Below, one piece after another: positions 29,876 to 39,700 of a stretch of 64,000 nt of DNA (position 1 is its first letter; the number at the start of each line of letters is the position of its first letter). This stretch comes from Promethearchaeota archaeon (lineage in GTDB: Archaea; Asgardarchaeota; Lokiarchaeia; Sigyniarchaeales; SOKP01). The translations under genes and the position numbers were made by a program. The DNA is taken from assembly GCA_048939995.1 (NCBI GenBank), contig JBHLOY010000006.1:149622-213621 (forward strand). The letters are read 5' to 3'. The notes beneath the pieces were generated by a model. It worked only from the letters and a program-made list of their open reading frames with translations. It had not been told where the DNA came from and did no database searches.

Positions 29876-30973
29876 ATGAAAAATGAGAATAATCTGATAA
29901 CTTTAGGCGTAGATCCGGGAACGCTCAGCTGGGATTTCTTTGGCTTAGAGGGAAATGATATTATATTAGATTCATCAATACCTACTAAAGAATTAATTAA
30001 AGATCCTCAAAAGGTAATCTCATTAGTAAAATCTATAGAAAACATAGACTTAATGGTAGCTCCCAGTGGCTTTGGTCTTCCTTTAAAGAATGTATGCGAT
30101 TTAACCGAGAAGGATATTTTTTTTACTCTGTTAAAGTTTGATAAAGAAGAAAAAAATAAATTGATCGGGTTAGGAGAAGTTTTACGCTTAATCAAATCTG
30201 CAAACATTCCTGGCGTAATTGTTCCAGGAGTTAAACATTTACCAACAATTCCACGATATAGGAAAATCAATAAGATTGATATGGGAACAGCAGATAAACT
30301 ATGTACAGCGGTTACAGGTATTAGAGATCAAATGGAGAGATTTGATATTCCTCCTGAAGGTACTAACTTTATAATGGTTGATATTGGTTATGGGTTTACT
30401 GCCGTGTTAGCGATTGAGGATGGTCAAATTATTGATGGCATTGGAGGATCAAATATTATGGGATTTAGAGCATGCGGAAGTCTTGATGGAGAATTAGCGT
30501 ACTTAATTAAAACTATTAAGAAAAAAAATATTTACAAAGGTGGGGTCTCATATATCGCGGGATACGAAGATCTAAGCTTAGAAGAAATATCTTTATTAGC
30601 TAGAAGAGATGAGCAAACTGATGTTGCACTTAATGCCTATCTCTCTAGTGTAAAGAAATCTACGTACGCGATATCATCATCTTTCTCTAGAAAATCTAAG
30701 ATAAAGGAAGTTCTTATCGCTGGGCGTGGCACAGATTTAAGGAGTTTGAAAGAGAAGATAATTAGAAATCTTAGTGATGTTGCTCCAGTTAAATTAATGA
30801 AGTCATATAGTCATTTATCTAAACATGCCGCCCAAGGTGCAGCTTTCATAGCCAATGGATTGTTAGGAGGAAAATTTAAACCGATAATTGATAACTTAAA
30901 GATAAAGGAAGCCACTGGTTCAATATTAGATGATATTTATATTCCATTTGATAAAAAGAAATTCATTGAGTGA
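29876..30973 (+). CDS. DUF1464 family ASKHA-fold protein
   Basis: GVDPGTLSWD, APSGFG, NKIDMGTADK, AAQGAAFIANGL. Confidence 0.75.
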   Translation: MKNENNLITLGVDPGTLSWDFFGLEGNDIILDSSIPTKELIKDPQKVISLVKSIENIDLMVAPSGFGLPLKNVCDLTEKDIFFTLLKFDKEEKNKLIGLGEVLRLIKSANIPGVIVPGVKHLPTIPRYRKINKIDMGTADKLCTAVTGIRDQMERFDIPPEGTNFIMVDIGYGFTAVLAIEDGQIIDGIGGSNIMGFRACGSLDGELAYLIKTIKKKNIYKGGVSYIAGYEDLSLEEISLLARRDEQTDVALNAYLSSVKKSTYAISSSFSRKSKIKEVLIAGRGTDLRSLKEKIIRNLSDVAPVKLMKSYSHLSKHAAQGAAFIANGLLGGKFKPIIDNLKIKEATGSILDDIYIPFDKKKFIE

Positions 30974-32553
30974 TAAAAATTCGTAAAATACTAATTATAA
31001 CTGGTATAAACAGTTATCCAATTATAAAGAAAATTGCTCAATCAATAAAGAATTGTGAAATTGAAGTTTATAGAGCTCAAATTTCAGTATCTGCGTTTAT
31101 ATCAGAGGAAATTGTTCGTAAAATACTTAATGAAATCCAAATAACTGACTTTGATTTAATTTTGCTCCCTGGATTTATCCAATGGAATACTACTGCTTTA
31201 GAACAAAAATATGAAATCAAAATAAGAAAAGGTCCAGAATTTGCTTCAGATTTAGACATAATATTGAAAAATTTAGACACAATAGATTTATCAAATAAGA
31301 TTCCCGCTAATAAGCTTATTGAGATTTCTGGCGAGAAAGATTTTCAAGAATACGTAAAAGAGCAATATGAGATTGCTAGAAAGAATATTACTGTTCATAC
31401 ATTTTATATTAATCAAGAAAATTCAGATTTAATGGTGGGTCGTAATTTACCTCCTCCTCTGATTGCCGAAATTGTAAATTGCCCTGAAAAAAGTGATAAA
31501 AATATCCTCCAAAAAGTGAAACATTATATAGAATCTGGTGCTGATATAATAGATATTGGATGCGTTTCAAATAAACCAAATCCTAGTAGGATAAAACAAA
31601 TAATTAAACTTATCAGAAAAAACTTCAACGTATTAATAAGTATTGATTCAATGGTAAAGAATGAGATTTTTGCAGCAGTTGAAGAGGGTGTTGATATGAT
31701 TCTTAGTCTTGACGCTGGAAATTATAAGCAATGCCTTAGTCTGCCGAAAGATATCCCAATAGTGATCCTACCCACAAACATTAACGCAGCTTGCTTTCCA
31801 AAAGATCCAGTCACAAGAGTGAAAAAGTTATTCGAACTTACAGATAACCTTAAAAGTAATGGTTTCAGTAAGCTTATCGCAGATCCTCTACTAGAAACAC
31901 CTATTTCTCCTGGAATTTGCCCCTCTTTAGAGACATATTTTTGCTATAAAAAGAAGGTAGCTGAAGAAAATTACAAGAAATTTGAACTCCCAATGTTCTT
32001 TGGCATTTCAAACGTTGTAGAATTGATGGATGTCGATTCAGTGGGAATTAATGGCCTCTTAGCTAGCATTGCGATTGAACTGGATGTAGGAATAGTTTTT
32101 ACAGTTGAACATAGCAGTAAACTTATGGGAGGTGTAAAAGAATTGAAGGATTCAATCAAATTAAATTATCTTGCAAAGTCTAAAAAAACCCCACCAATAA
32201 ATTTAGGTCTTGAAATTTTCAGGGCAAAAAAGAAAAAGTCTCAAAAATCACCCATTATCGATGAAAAGAACGCAATTATTCTAGAAGGCCAAAACCAAGA
32301 TTATGTCCCTGATAAGAAAGGATATTTTAGAATCTATATTAATCATTATTCAAAGAAATTATATGTAATGTTCTATACATGTGAGCATAAACTACTTTAT
32401 ACTTTCATAGGGGAAAATGGAGAAACTATATGCAAACGAATAATTCAAACTAATTTAACAAGTAATATTTATCATCTAAATTATCTTGGGAGAGAACTAA
32501 ATAAAGCAGAATTATGCTTAAATTCTGGAAAAGCTTATATTCAAGATGAATGA
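30970..32553 (+). CDS. Archaeal dihydropteroate-synthase-like protein with C-terminal DUF4346-type domain
   Basis: GADIIDIG, SIDS, ADPLL, GISNVVELMDVDSVGIN, DKKGYFRI, HLNYLGREL. Confidence 0.8.
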   Translation: MIKIRKILIITGINSYPIIKKIAQSIKNCEIEVYRAQISVSAFISEEIVRKILNEIQITDFDLILLPGFIQWNTTALEQKYEIKIRKGPEFASDLDIILKNLDTIDLSNKIPANKLIEISGEKDFQEYVKEQYEIARKNITVHTFYINQENSDLMVGRNLPPPLIAEIVNCPEKSDKNILQKVKHYIESGADIIDIGCVSNKPNPSRIKQIIKLIRKNFNVLISIDSMVKNEIFAAVEEGVDMILSLDAGNYKQCLSLPKDIPIVILPTNINAACFPKDPVTRVKKLFELTDNLKSNGFSKLIADPLLETPISPGICPSLETYFCYKKKVAEENYKKFELPMFFGISNVVELMDVDSVGINGLLASIAIELDVGIVFTVEHSSKLMGGVKELKDSIKLNYLAKSKKTPPINLGLEIFRAKKKKSQKSPIIDEKNAIILEGQNQDYVPDKKGYFRIYINHYSKKLYVMFYTCEHKLLYTFIGENGETICKRIIQTNLTSNIYHLNYLGRELNKAELCLNSGKAYIQDE

Positions 32554-32705
32554 TTGCTGCATTATATTGTAGATAATTTTTCTTTCTGATTGCTTAGGTT
32601 TTGAATTTTTAATAAATTAGCTAAACCAGACAGTTTTAAATTAGAGAGACTCATATTACTAAACATATCCAAAAATTAATATTTATCATTTAAAATTGGT
32701 TAATT

Positions 32706-34568
32706 ATGATTCCAAAAAGAATGGATGTTTTCTTAAAAGAAAATCTACCTGAAGCGACCCTTAAAACTCGACTCAAAAAGGAAGATGGAAAATGTTATCT
32801 AGAATTCAGTAATCTAGATGTCCACCTTCTTTCACGTTTAGGAATCATCGCTGACAAAGTTGGTCCTAAACTTGTAAGCTGTATGTGGGATGAAGAATCC
32901 TCCTTGGAAATTGGTGGTTATTTAGTAGTTGATTCTCTTTCAATGGGTATCCCTTCAATGGGTGGAATAAGAATGCTTCAAGATATAACACCTTCAGATA
33001 TCTATAACTTGGCTCGTGGTATGACTCTTAAAAATGCCGCTGCCAACCTTCCATACGGAGGTGGCAAATCTGGTATAGTTGCTGAAAGAGAGATATCCCA
33101 ACAAACACATGATAAAATAATCAAGGGGTTTGCTAGCCTAATTCGGCGGTATAAAAGCATATATGTCCCAGGACCCGATGTAGGTACCAATGATTCTGAT
33201 ATGAAGGCTATAGCTATTGAAAACGGATTAGATAGTGCAGTATCAAAACCAGCAGATATGGGAGGGAATCGTATTGATGAACTTGGAGCAGCAGCAGGAG
33301 GTGTAATAACTGCTCTACAAACATTGTTAGAAATAATGCCAAGGTTACGTGTGCTTCCTCAGTTCGCGAATTTAGAAATTCCAAAATTGGAAAAACTCAC
33401 AGTTTTGATTCAAGGGTTTGGAGCGGTAGGTGCTCATGCTTCGCGCATACTGAAAGAAAGAATACCATTAGCCAAGATTATTGGAATTAGTGATCTAGAA
33501 GGATATCTATATAATGAATCAGGTTTACCAATCGAAGAACTTTTTAACTTATGGAAAGAAAAAGGGCTTGTCACCAATAAATATTTTGAAAATGAGATTC
33601 TATCTGAAGGATATAAACACCCAACAAAATTCTCTACAAATCCAAACAATTTATTACTCGAAAATGCTTTTTGCTTAATACCTGCTACCCCTATATTTAA
33701 TTACCTTGGCGTATGGCAATCAGAAAATCCTTCAATGTTAGTAGAGAGAATGGGAAACTGGGCAGTAATTGTTGAGGGCGCAAATACTTATTCTCCAGAT
33801 CCGAATAGAAAAGCTGCGAGGATACGTATGGAACAAATCGTATATCGAGAGAAAGGTGTTATGATAGCAAATGACTATTTAGTAAACTCTGGTGGAGTAA
33901 TCTTTGCAGCCCAAGAACATGCAATCAAAACTCCAGATCATCTTCAAATACCTGAAAAATATCTTGGAAACCGTGAAGCCGTAGATCAGTGGTTATTGGA
34001 TCATGAAAATGAATTTGCAGAATTATCTAAGAATCGTCTAATCGCTGGTGAGTCCTACAGAAAGGATGTAATTAGCGATAATATGATTGAATTAGTAGAT
34101 TTATTATCAAATAGTCCAGATATGCTTCCCTGTGTCGCTGCAGAAAGAATTAGCATTCAAAGATTGACAGCAAAAGAAAGAAAACGAATGGCTAAAGATA
34201 TCATGGTACCAATACCGACTATTGAGGTGGGGTGTAGTATTCAAGAGGCAGCTGCTTTAATGATTGAAAAAAACAGTGGAATAATTGCTGTTATTTCTAA
34301 GAGTAAACTGGTTGGGGTTGTTACAGACTGGGATATTACAAAATCTACAGCAGAAGGAATGCACAATATATCACTTGAGAAAATTATGACCAAAGACGTT
34401 ATCAGTGCCTTGCCCGAATTCACAATTTTGGATATTATTCGAGAACTAGAGCAATATCAAATATCTGCAATGCCCGTTGTTAAAGACGGCGAAGTTTTGG
34501 GGAAAGTTAGTTCAGACTTAATAGCACAGCGTTACTTTTTAAATTATTTACAAGATCGCGAACTTTAG
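32706..34568 (+). CDS. Glu/Leu/Phe/Val dehydrogenase fused to a C-terminal CBS pair
   Basis: GGIRM, MTLKNA...GGGKSG, GPDVGT, QGFGAVG, EGAN, NSGGV; two CBS repeats at the C-terminus. Confidence 0.85.
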   Translation: MIPKRMDVFLKENLPEATLKTRLKKEDGKCYLEFSNLDVHLLSRLGIIADKVGPKLVSCMWDEESSLEIGGYLVVDSLSMGIPSMGGIRMLQDITPSDIYNLARGMTLKNAAANLPYGGGKSGIVAEREISQQTHDKIIKGFASLIRRYKSIYVPGPDVGTNDSDMKAIAIENGLDSAVSKPADMGGNRIDELGAAAGGVITALQTLLEIMPRLRVLPQFANLEIPKLEKLTVLIQGFGAVGAHASRILKERIPLAKIIGISDLEGYLYNESGLPIEELFNLWKEKGLVTNKYFENEILSEGYKHPTKFSTNPNNLLLENAFCLIPATPIFNYLGVWQSENPSMLVERMGNWAVIVEGANTYSPDPNRKAARIRMEQIVYREKGVMIANDYLVNSGGVIFAAQEHAIKTPDHLQIPEKYLGNREAVDQWLLDHENEFAELSKNRLIAGESYRKDVISDNMIELVDLLSNSPDMLPCVAAERISIQRLTAKERKRMAKDIMVPIPTIEVGCSIQEAAALMIEKNSGIIAVISKSKLVGVVTDWDITKSTAEGMHNISLEKIMTKDVISALPEFTILDIIRELEQYQISAMPVVKDGEVLGKVSSDLIAQRYFLNYLQDREL

Positions 34569-35689
34569 AAGTAGTTTATGATATTATATAATGTGTCTCT
34601 CTGAGCTGGTTTTTTTCCAGCATCTTTTATGATTTTAATAATTTCTTCTGCAGATAGATACTCTCCAAATTCAGCACCGGCACTTTTAGAAATATTTTCT
34701 TCCATTAAAGTTCCCGAAAAATCATTTACTCCATAATTAAGAGATACTTGTGCAAATTTTGGCCCTAACTTGACCCATGAACACTGGATGTTATCAATAT
34801 AATTATTAAAAAATATCCTTGCAACACTGAATAACTTTAAGTCTGCCATTCCATAACTTGGTTTCAATGGAAAATCTTTTAATCTTGACAATAAGGGTTT
34901 TTCTTTGACAAAAGGTAAGGGAACAAATTCAGTAAAACCATGAGTCTCTTGTTGGATATTCCTAATTATTTCTAAATGGGCGATCCTATCTTCTAAATCC
35001 TCAATATGACCATACATCATCGTCGATGTTGTTGGGATCCCTACCTTATGAGCTGTAGATATCACCTCTACCCATTTAGAGGTATTCAGTTTGTTTGGGC
35101 ATATGATTTTTCTTATTTCGTCCACTAAAATTTCTGCTGCGGTGCCAGGAATAGAATCTAATCCACTGGCTTTTAAGTATTTCAAAGTATTTTCAATTGA
35201 ATTCCCAGATAATTTTGAGATATAATATATCTCTTGAGGGGAGAATGCATGTATGTGCATTTTGGGATTTACATCTTTTACAGCTTTTAATAAATCTAAA
35301 TAATAATCGAATTTTAACTTAGGGTGTATACCTCCTTGAATACAAACTTCAGAGCAATTATTATTATTCGCTTCTTTCACTTTTTCTTTTATCTCTTCAA
35401 TACTTAATAAAAAACCTTCTTTACTGGTGATAGGAACACTGAATGTACAAAATTTACAACCTTGATGACAAATGTTTGTAAAATTTATATTTCGATTTAT
35501 AACAAATGTCACAATATCTCGTCTCTTCTCAAAACAAATAGTGTCTGCTGTATTTTGAAGCGCAATAAACTCTTTTCCACTCACTTTTAAAAGTTGTAAT
35601 GCTTCCTGTGGGGAGATTTCCTCAGAATCAAGAGCTTTCTCTAATATCAATTTGATATCAGGTCTAATTTGATTGTATATCTGCAACAT
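34565..35689 (-). CDS. cofH: FO synthase subunit CofH
   Basis: NRNINFTNICHQGCKFC, PGTAAEIL, TSTMMYGH, IQCSWVKLG; adjacent to cofG. Confidence 0.88.
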   Translation of the reverse strand: MLQIYNQIRPDIKLILEKALDSEEISPQEALQLLKVSGKEFIALQNTADTICFEKRRDIVTFVINRNINFTNICHQGCKFCTFSVPITSKEGFLLSIEEIKEKVKEANNNNCSEVCIQGGIHPKLKFDYYLDLLKAVKDVNPKMHIHAFSPQEIYYISKLSGNSIENTLKYLKASGLDSIPGTAAEILVDEIRKIICPNKLNTSKWVEVISTAHKVGIPTTSTMMYGHIEDLEDRIAHLEIIRNIQQETHGFTEFVPLPFVKEKPLLSRLKDFPLKPSYGMADLKLFSVARIFFNNYIDNIQCSWVKLGPKFAQVSLNYGVNDFSGTLMEENISKSAGAEFGEYLSAEEIIKIIKDAGKKPAQRDTLYNIINYF

Positions 35690-36785
35690 CTAAATTTATA
35701 TTATCTACAATTTTTTTAATACTTACTGGGCAGGATTCGGAATTTTTTATATATTTAGGATAAATAGCAAGTCTTTCTTTCAATTCGTAGCCTAATGAGC
35801 TGCATATAGTTCTTAACTTATCAATTTTAGGCCAAGGCTGATCTGGATTAATATAATCAATGCTAAATGGAGATAATCCCCCAAAATCATCAATCCCTAA
35901 TTCAATTGCATCTTTTTCATAACCTTGAATCAAATTGGGTGGAACTTGTATCGCAATTTCATTTTTAAATATTAATTTAGCTATACCAGCTGTTCTTAAG
36001 GTTTCTGTTATAGATATTGGTTGTTTTGGATGATATTGAATCTCTTTTTTTACCACAAAATTCTGTATTATAACTTCTTGAATATGCCCGTATTCATCAT
36101 GTATATCTTTAATTAAAAGGAGGTCATTAATTCTATCTCTGAGGCTCTCACCAATACCTAACAATAAACCAGTAGTAAATGGAATTTTCAATTTACCAGC
36201 ATTCTTTATATGTTCGATTCTTTTATCTGGTAGCTTTCCGGGAGAAAATTCATGAACTGCTCCCTTCTTGAACAGTTTACTACTACTGCTTTCAAGCATG
36301 AGACCCATACTTGCATTAGAATTCTTCAATCTCCGCAATTCTTCAAATGTGAGCACTCCGATATTCGTATGAGGCAATAGATTATAATTTAAAAGATATG
36401 AGCAAGTTTTAATAACAAATTCTATATAATCATTACATTTTCTACTTTCTAATTCTTTTTTAACCTCATAGAAGCTATCTGGTCTTTCTCCAGACATTAA
36501 TAATGCTTCCTTACAATCAAACTCAATTGCCTTTTGAATTAAACCATTCATTTGATCACTTTCTAAAAGAGTAGTATTATCAAATCCATCTAATTTAGGA
36601 ACCTTATAATGATAATAACAATACCTACATTGATTTTGACAGTAATTTGATAACGATAGAGTGAAGTTTTTTGAATAAGTAATAATATTTTGCTTCTCAG
36701 TGGGTAATGAAGTTTTAATCTTTCTCACTAATTTTTTGATCTTTTGGATTGATAAATTTTTATAGGAATTAATATAATCACTCAT
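35664..36785 (-). CDS. cofG: FO synthase subunit CofG
   Basis: ITYSKN, CQNQCRYC, LPHTNIG, SMGLMLE, IQVPPNL, DDFGGLSP. Confidence 0.9.
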   Translation of the reverse strand: MSDYINSYKNLSIQKIKKLVRKIKTSLPTEKQNIITYSKNFTLSLSNYCQNQCRYCYYHYKVPKLDGFDNTTLLESDQMNGLIQKAIEFDCKEALLMSGERPDSFYEVKKELESRKCNDYIEFVIKTCSYLLNYNLLPHTNIGVLTFEELRRLKNSNASMGLMLESSSSKLFKKGAVHEFSPGKLPDKRIEHIKNAGKLKIPFTTGLLLGIGESLRDRINDLLLIKDIHDEYGHIQEVIIQNFVVKKEIQYHPKQPISITETLRTAGIAKLIFKNEIAIQVPPNLIQGYEKDAIELGIDDFGGLSPFSIDYINPDQPWPKIDKLRTICSSLGYELKERLAIYPKYIKNSESCPVSIKKIVDNINLDVADIQSN

Positions 36786-36786
36786 T

Positions 36787-37452
36787 TTACCTTCTCTTAT
36801 AGTTTAAAATAATATAATTCTCCCTTTGCTTAACATTAATGAGTTTAAACCTAGGTGCTTCAATCATTTTGTTGAAACCTTCGCCCTCAGCTAAAGATAT
36901 GGAATCTTTTCCCCCTATTATCCATGGTGCAACAAATATTCTTAGCTCATCTACTAAATCTTCTTTAAGGAAGCTCCAATTTAGATTTCCTCCTCCTTCC
37001 AAAAGAATAGTTCTTATACCTAATTCATGTAATTTTTCCATTAGTATCTTAAGATCGACCCGTTCCTTATTTCCACTTTTGATAATATTGACATTTCTAG
37101 CTTTAAAGCGGTTAACTCTGTTCTCAGAAACGTTTTCTGTAGTACATATTATTGTAGGATAAATTTCTGGCTCGAAATTAATTATTTGTGAATCAATAGG
37201 TATAGACAAATTGCTATCAATTACAATACGATAATAACCTTTATGTTGATAGAATTTAATATGAAGTTTAGGGTTATCCTTAAATATTGTGTTTTTGCCA
37301 ACCATGATAGCATCTACTTGAGTCCTAATTTTATGAATTTCTTTCCAATCCTCCTCATCTGATAATTCAGAATCCCCTATTTTTGATGAAATCTTCCCAT
37401 CAATCGTCATGGCGGCACTTAAAATAATATACGGTCTTTTAACTTTTTTCAT
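36787..37452 (-). CDS. arfC: 2,5-diamino-6-ribosylamino-4(3H)-pyrimidinone 5'-phosphate reductase (RibD C-terminal/ArfC)
   Basis: AAMTIDGKI, DAIMVGKNT, DNPKL, LLEGGGNLNWS; likely start ATG 37452. Confidence 0.85.
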   Translation of the reverse strand: MKKVKRPYIILSAAMTIDGKISSKIGDSELSDEEDWKEIHKIRTQVDAIMVGKNTIFKDNPKLHIKFYQHKGYYRIVIDSNLSIPIDSQIINFEPEIYPTIICTTENVSENRVNRFKARNVNIIKSGNKERVDLKILMEKLHELGIRTILLEGGGNLNWSFLKEDLVDELRIFVAPWIIGGKDSISLAEGEGFNKMIEAPRFKLINVKQRENYIILNYKRR

Positions 37453-38602
37453 GAACAAGTTTACCTCTAATATACGTCTTTTTGATGTTGGATGCGTTTG
37501 TTCTTCCAAGAATCAAAGCATAAAAGCTCTCAATATCTAAACTCGATGTATAATAATTTGGATTATTTAAATCAATCATGAAAAAATCTGCATGCTTTCC
37601 CTCATCAATAGATCCTACATAACTTTGGATATTAAACATTTTAGCTGGATTAATTGTAATCATCTTCAACAAATCTTTCGCTGTAATATATGTGTTATTG
37701 TTAAAAATTCTTAAAATACGATATAAATATCGCAATTCTTCAAATAAATCTAGATTATTTGCCATTATATTATCTGTTCCAATTGCTATAGGTATTCTTA
37801 AATCCACTATTTTGTTAATTGGAGGAAATCCTACTCCAAAATATCCATTACAACATGGACATAGTACTAAGGATTTTCCTCTTTCCTTTATTAATTTTAA
37901 ATCATTTTCATTAAAATGAGTACCATGAATAAAAATATCAACAACATTGTCATCAAAAATTTGACTTATTAAATCAGGATTTCTTTTCAATTCAGCTACA
38001 TGACACGCAATTATCTTTCCAAATCTTTTTTTATAGTCAATTAATTTTTCTTTAGCTTCCAGAGATATATTGTTATAACTTGGTAAACCGATTCCTCCTG
38101 CAGCCTCAAATATTAATTTAATTTCTTTCTCTTCAACATATCTTCCCAAGGAAATATATTTAATATCAGAATAGTTTTTTAGAGTTTCAGATAAAATATT
38201 AAGACCTTGAAGTCCACCTTCTCTAAAGTCAATAAAAAATGTAATACCGTTTGAAAGCATTTCATCCACAGCTTTCTTTATTCCCTTTGCGACTAATTCT
38301 CGTGGAACTTGGTTTAATAGTAAATGCTTAATCCCTTTAGGAGGAGCAACTACTTCTTTTAAAGGTTTATTAAACCCTTGTTCTTTAGCAAAACTATCTC
38401 CTATATGAACATGAGAGTTAATTAATCCAGGTATTATCAACAACTTTGACTTATTCTCTAGAAATTCAAATATATCTCCGATGTCATTATATGAAATGGC
38501 TCTAAAGTTACCATCCTCATCAAATTTAATTTTAATATCTTTTTTAAGTTCCAGATTATCACCAATTAAACCATAATCACTAAAAATATCTATATTACTC
38601 AT
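37439..38602 (-). CDS. Metal-dependent amidohydrolase
   Basis: PGLINSHVHIGDS, HVAE, IHGTH, GTDN, GSIDEGKHADF. Confidence 0.85.
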   Translation of the reverse strand: MSNIDIFSDYGLIGDNLELKKDIKIKFDEDGNFRAISYNDIGDIFEFLENKSKLLIIPGLINSHVHIGDSFAKEQGFNKPLKEVVAPPKGIKHLLLNQVPRELVAKGIKKAVDEMLSNGITFFIDFREGGLQGLNILSETLKNYSDIKYISLGRYVEEKEIKLIFEAAGGIGLPSYNNISLEAKEKLIDYKKRFGKIIACHVAELKRNPDLISQIFDDNVVDIFIHGTHFNENDLKLIKERGKSLVLCPCCNGYFGVGFPPINKIVDLRIPIAIGTDNIMANNLDLFEELRYLYRILRIFNNNTYITAKDLLKMITINPAKMFNIQSYVGSIDEGKHADFFMIDLNNPNYYTSSLDIESFYALILGRTNASNIKKTYIRGKLVHEKS

Positions 38603-38690
38603 GAAATAGTTTTACCTTATATCAAAAAATAATTTAATTGAATATTAATTATTAGAATTGGTAGACGCAAATAAATTTCGGTGATTTTTA

Positions 38691-39650
38691 ATCAATCAAT
38701 TTAAAAAGGACTTACAAGACTCAATTTCTACAGTAAACATTCCTATTGATAAAGTTGGAATTGTTGGAGTAGAAAAGAAAGTTGATATTATTCAAGAAAA
38801 TAAACGATTCTCATTTTATCCCAAAATCTCAGCATTAATTTCATTACCAAGTCATAAAAGAGGTATTCATATGTCTCGTACCTCTGAAACTATTGAAGAA
38901 ATCATAAATGAGGTAATTTTTAAACCAACTCCTTCTGTTGAAGTTGTAGGAGATAGAATTGCTCGAGAACTATTAGAGAAGCACCCTTATACAGAGAAAG
39001 TTGAAGTAAAATTAGAAGGAAAAATAATTGTCCAAGTAAAGGATAATGAACAAAGAACCATCCAAAAAGCTTATAATATCGTTTCTTTTGTTAAAGCTAG
39101 GAAGAATGATAAAGAGGAAATAGACTTTAGCTATTATATTGGGGCTAATGCTGTTGGAATGACGGTTTGTCCATGTGCCAAGGAAATGAGTCAAGAATAC
39201 GCTGAAGAAATTATAAAAAATAGAAATGATATTAATCTTCCTACAGAAGTTATTCAAAAACTTCTTAATATTTTGCCATTTAGCTCCCATAATCAAAGAT
39301 CAACTGGAACTATCATAGTACAAATAAAAGATCTAAATAATCATAGAATTGATGTATTAGATATTATTGATATCATTGAAGATTCAATGAGTGGAAAGAT
39401 GCAATCTGTTTTGAAAAGACCAGAAGAGGCTAAACTTGTCAGAAGCGCTCATTTGAAACCATTATTCGCAGAAGATGTAGTAAGAGAAATGGCAAAAAAT
39501 TTCATATTAAGAGATTTTCCTAATCTAGATGATAATTTTAAAGTAATATTTAAAATTGAAAGCTATGAATCAATTCATCCCCATAATGTTTATGCGGAAT
39601 TAAAAACTACTATAGGAGAATTAAAAAAACAAGTAGATATTCAAGATTAA
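38691..39650 (+). CDS. mptA: GTP cyclohydrolase IV (MptA/FolE2); probable ATC start
   Basis: RGIHMSR, TVCPCA, SHNQR, LKRPEE, FAEDVVR, ESIHPHN; the family N-terminus (DLQD...DKVGI) lies upstream of the first ATG (38871). Confidence 0.88.
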   Translation: MNQFKKDLQDSISTVNIPIDKVGIVGVEKKVDIIQENKRFSFYPKISALISLPSHKRGIHMSRTSETIEEIINEVIFKPTPSVEVVGDRIARELLEKHPYTEKVEVKLEGKIIVQVKDNEQRTIQKAYNIVSFVKARKNDKEEIDFSYYIGANAVGMTVCPCAKEMSQEYAEEIIKNRNDINLPTEVIQKLLNILPFSSHNQRSTGTIIVQIKDLNNHRIDVLDIIDIIEDSMSGKMQSVLKRPEEAKLVRSAHLKPLFAEDVVREMAKNFILRDFPNLDDNFKVIFKIESYESIHPHNVYAELKTTIGELKKQVDIQD

Positions 39651-39700
39651 CTCTTTTTTAGTATTTAGGTAGCAATTCCCTTTTGATTTAAACTTTATAA

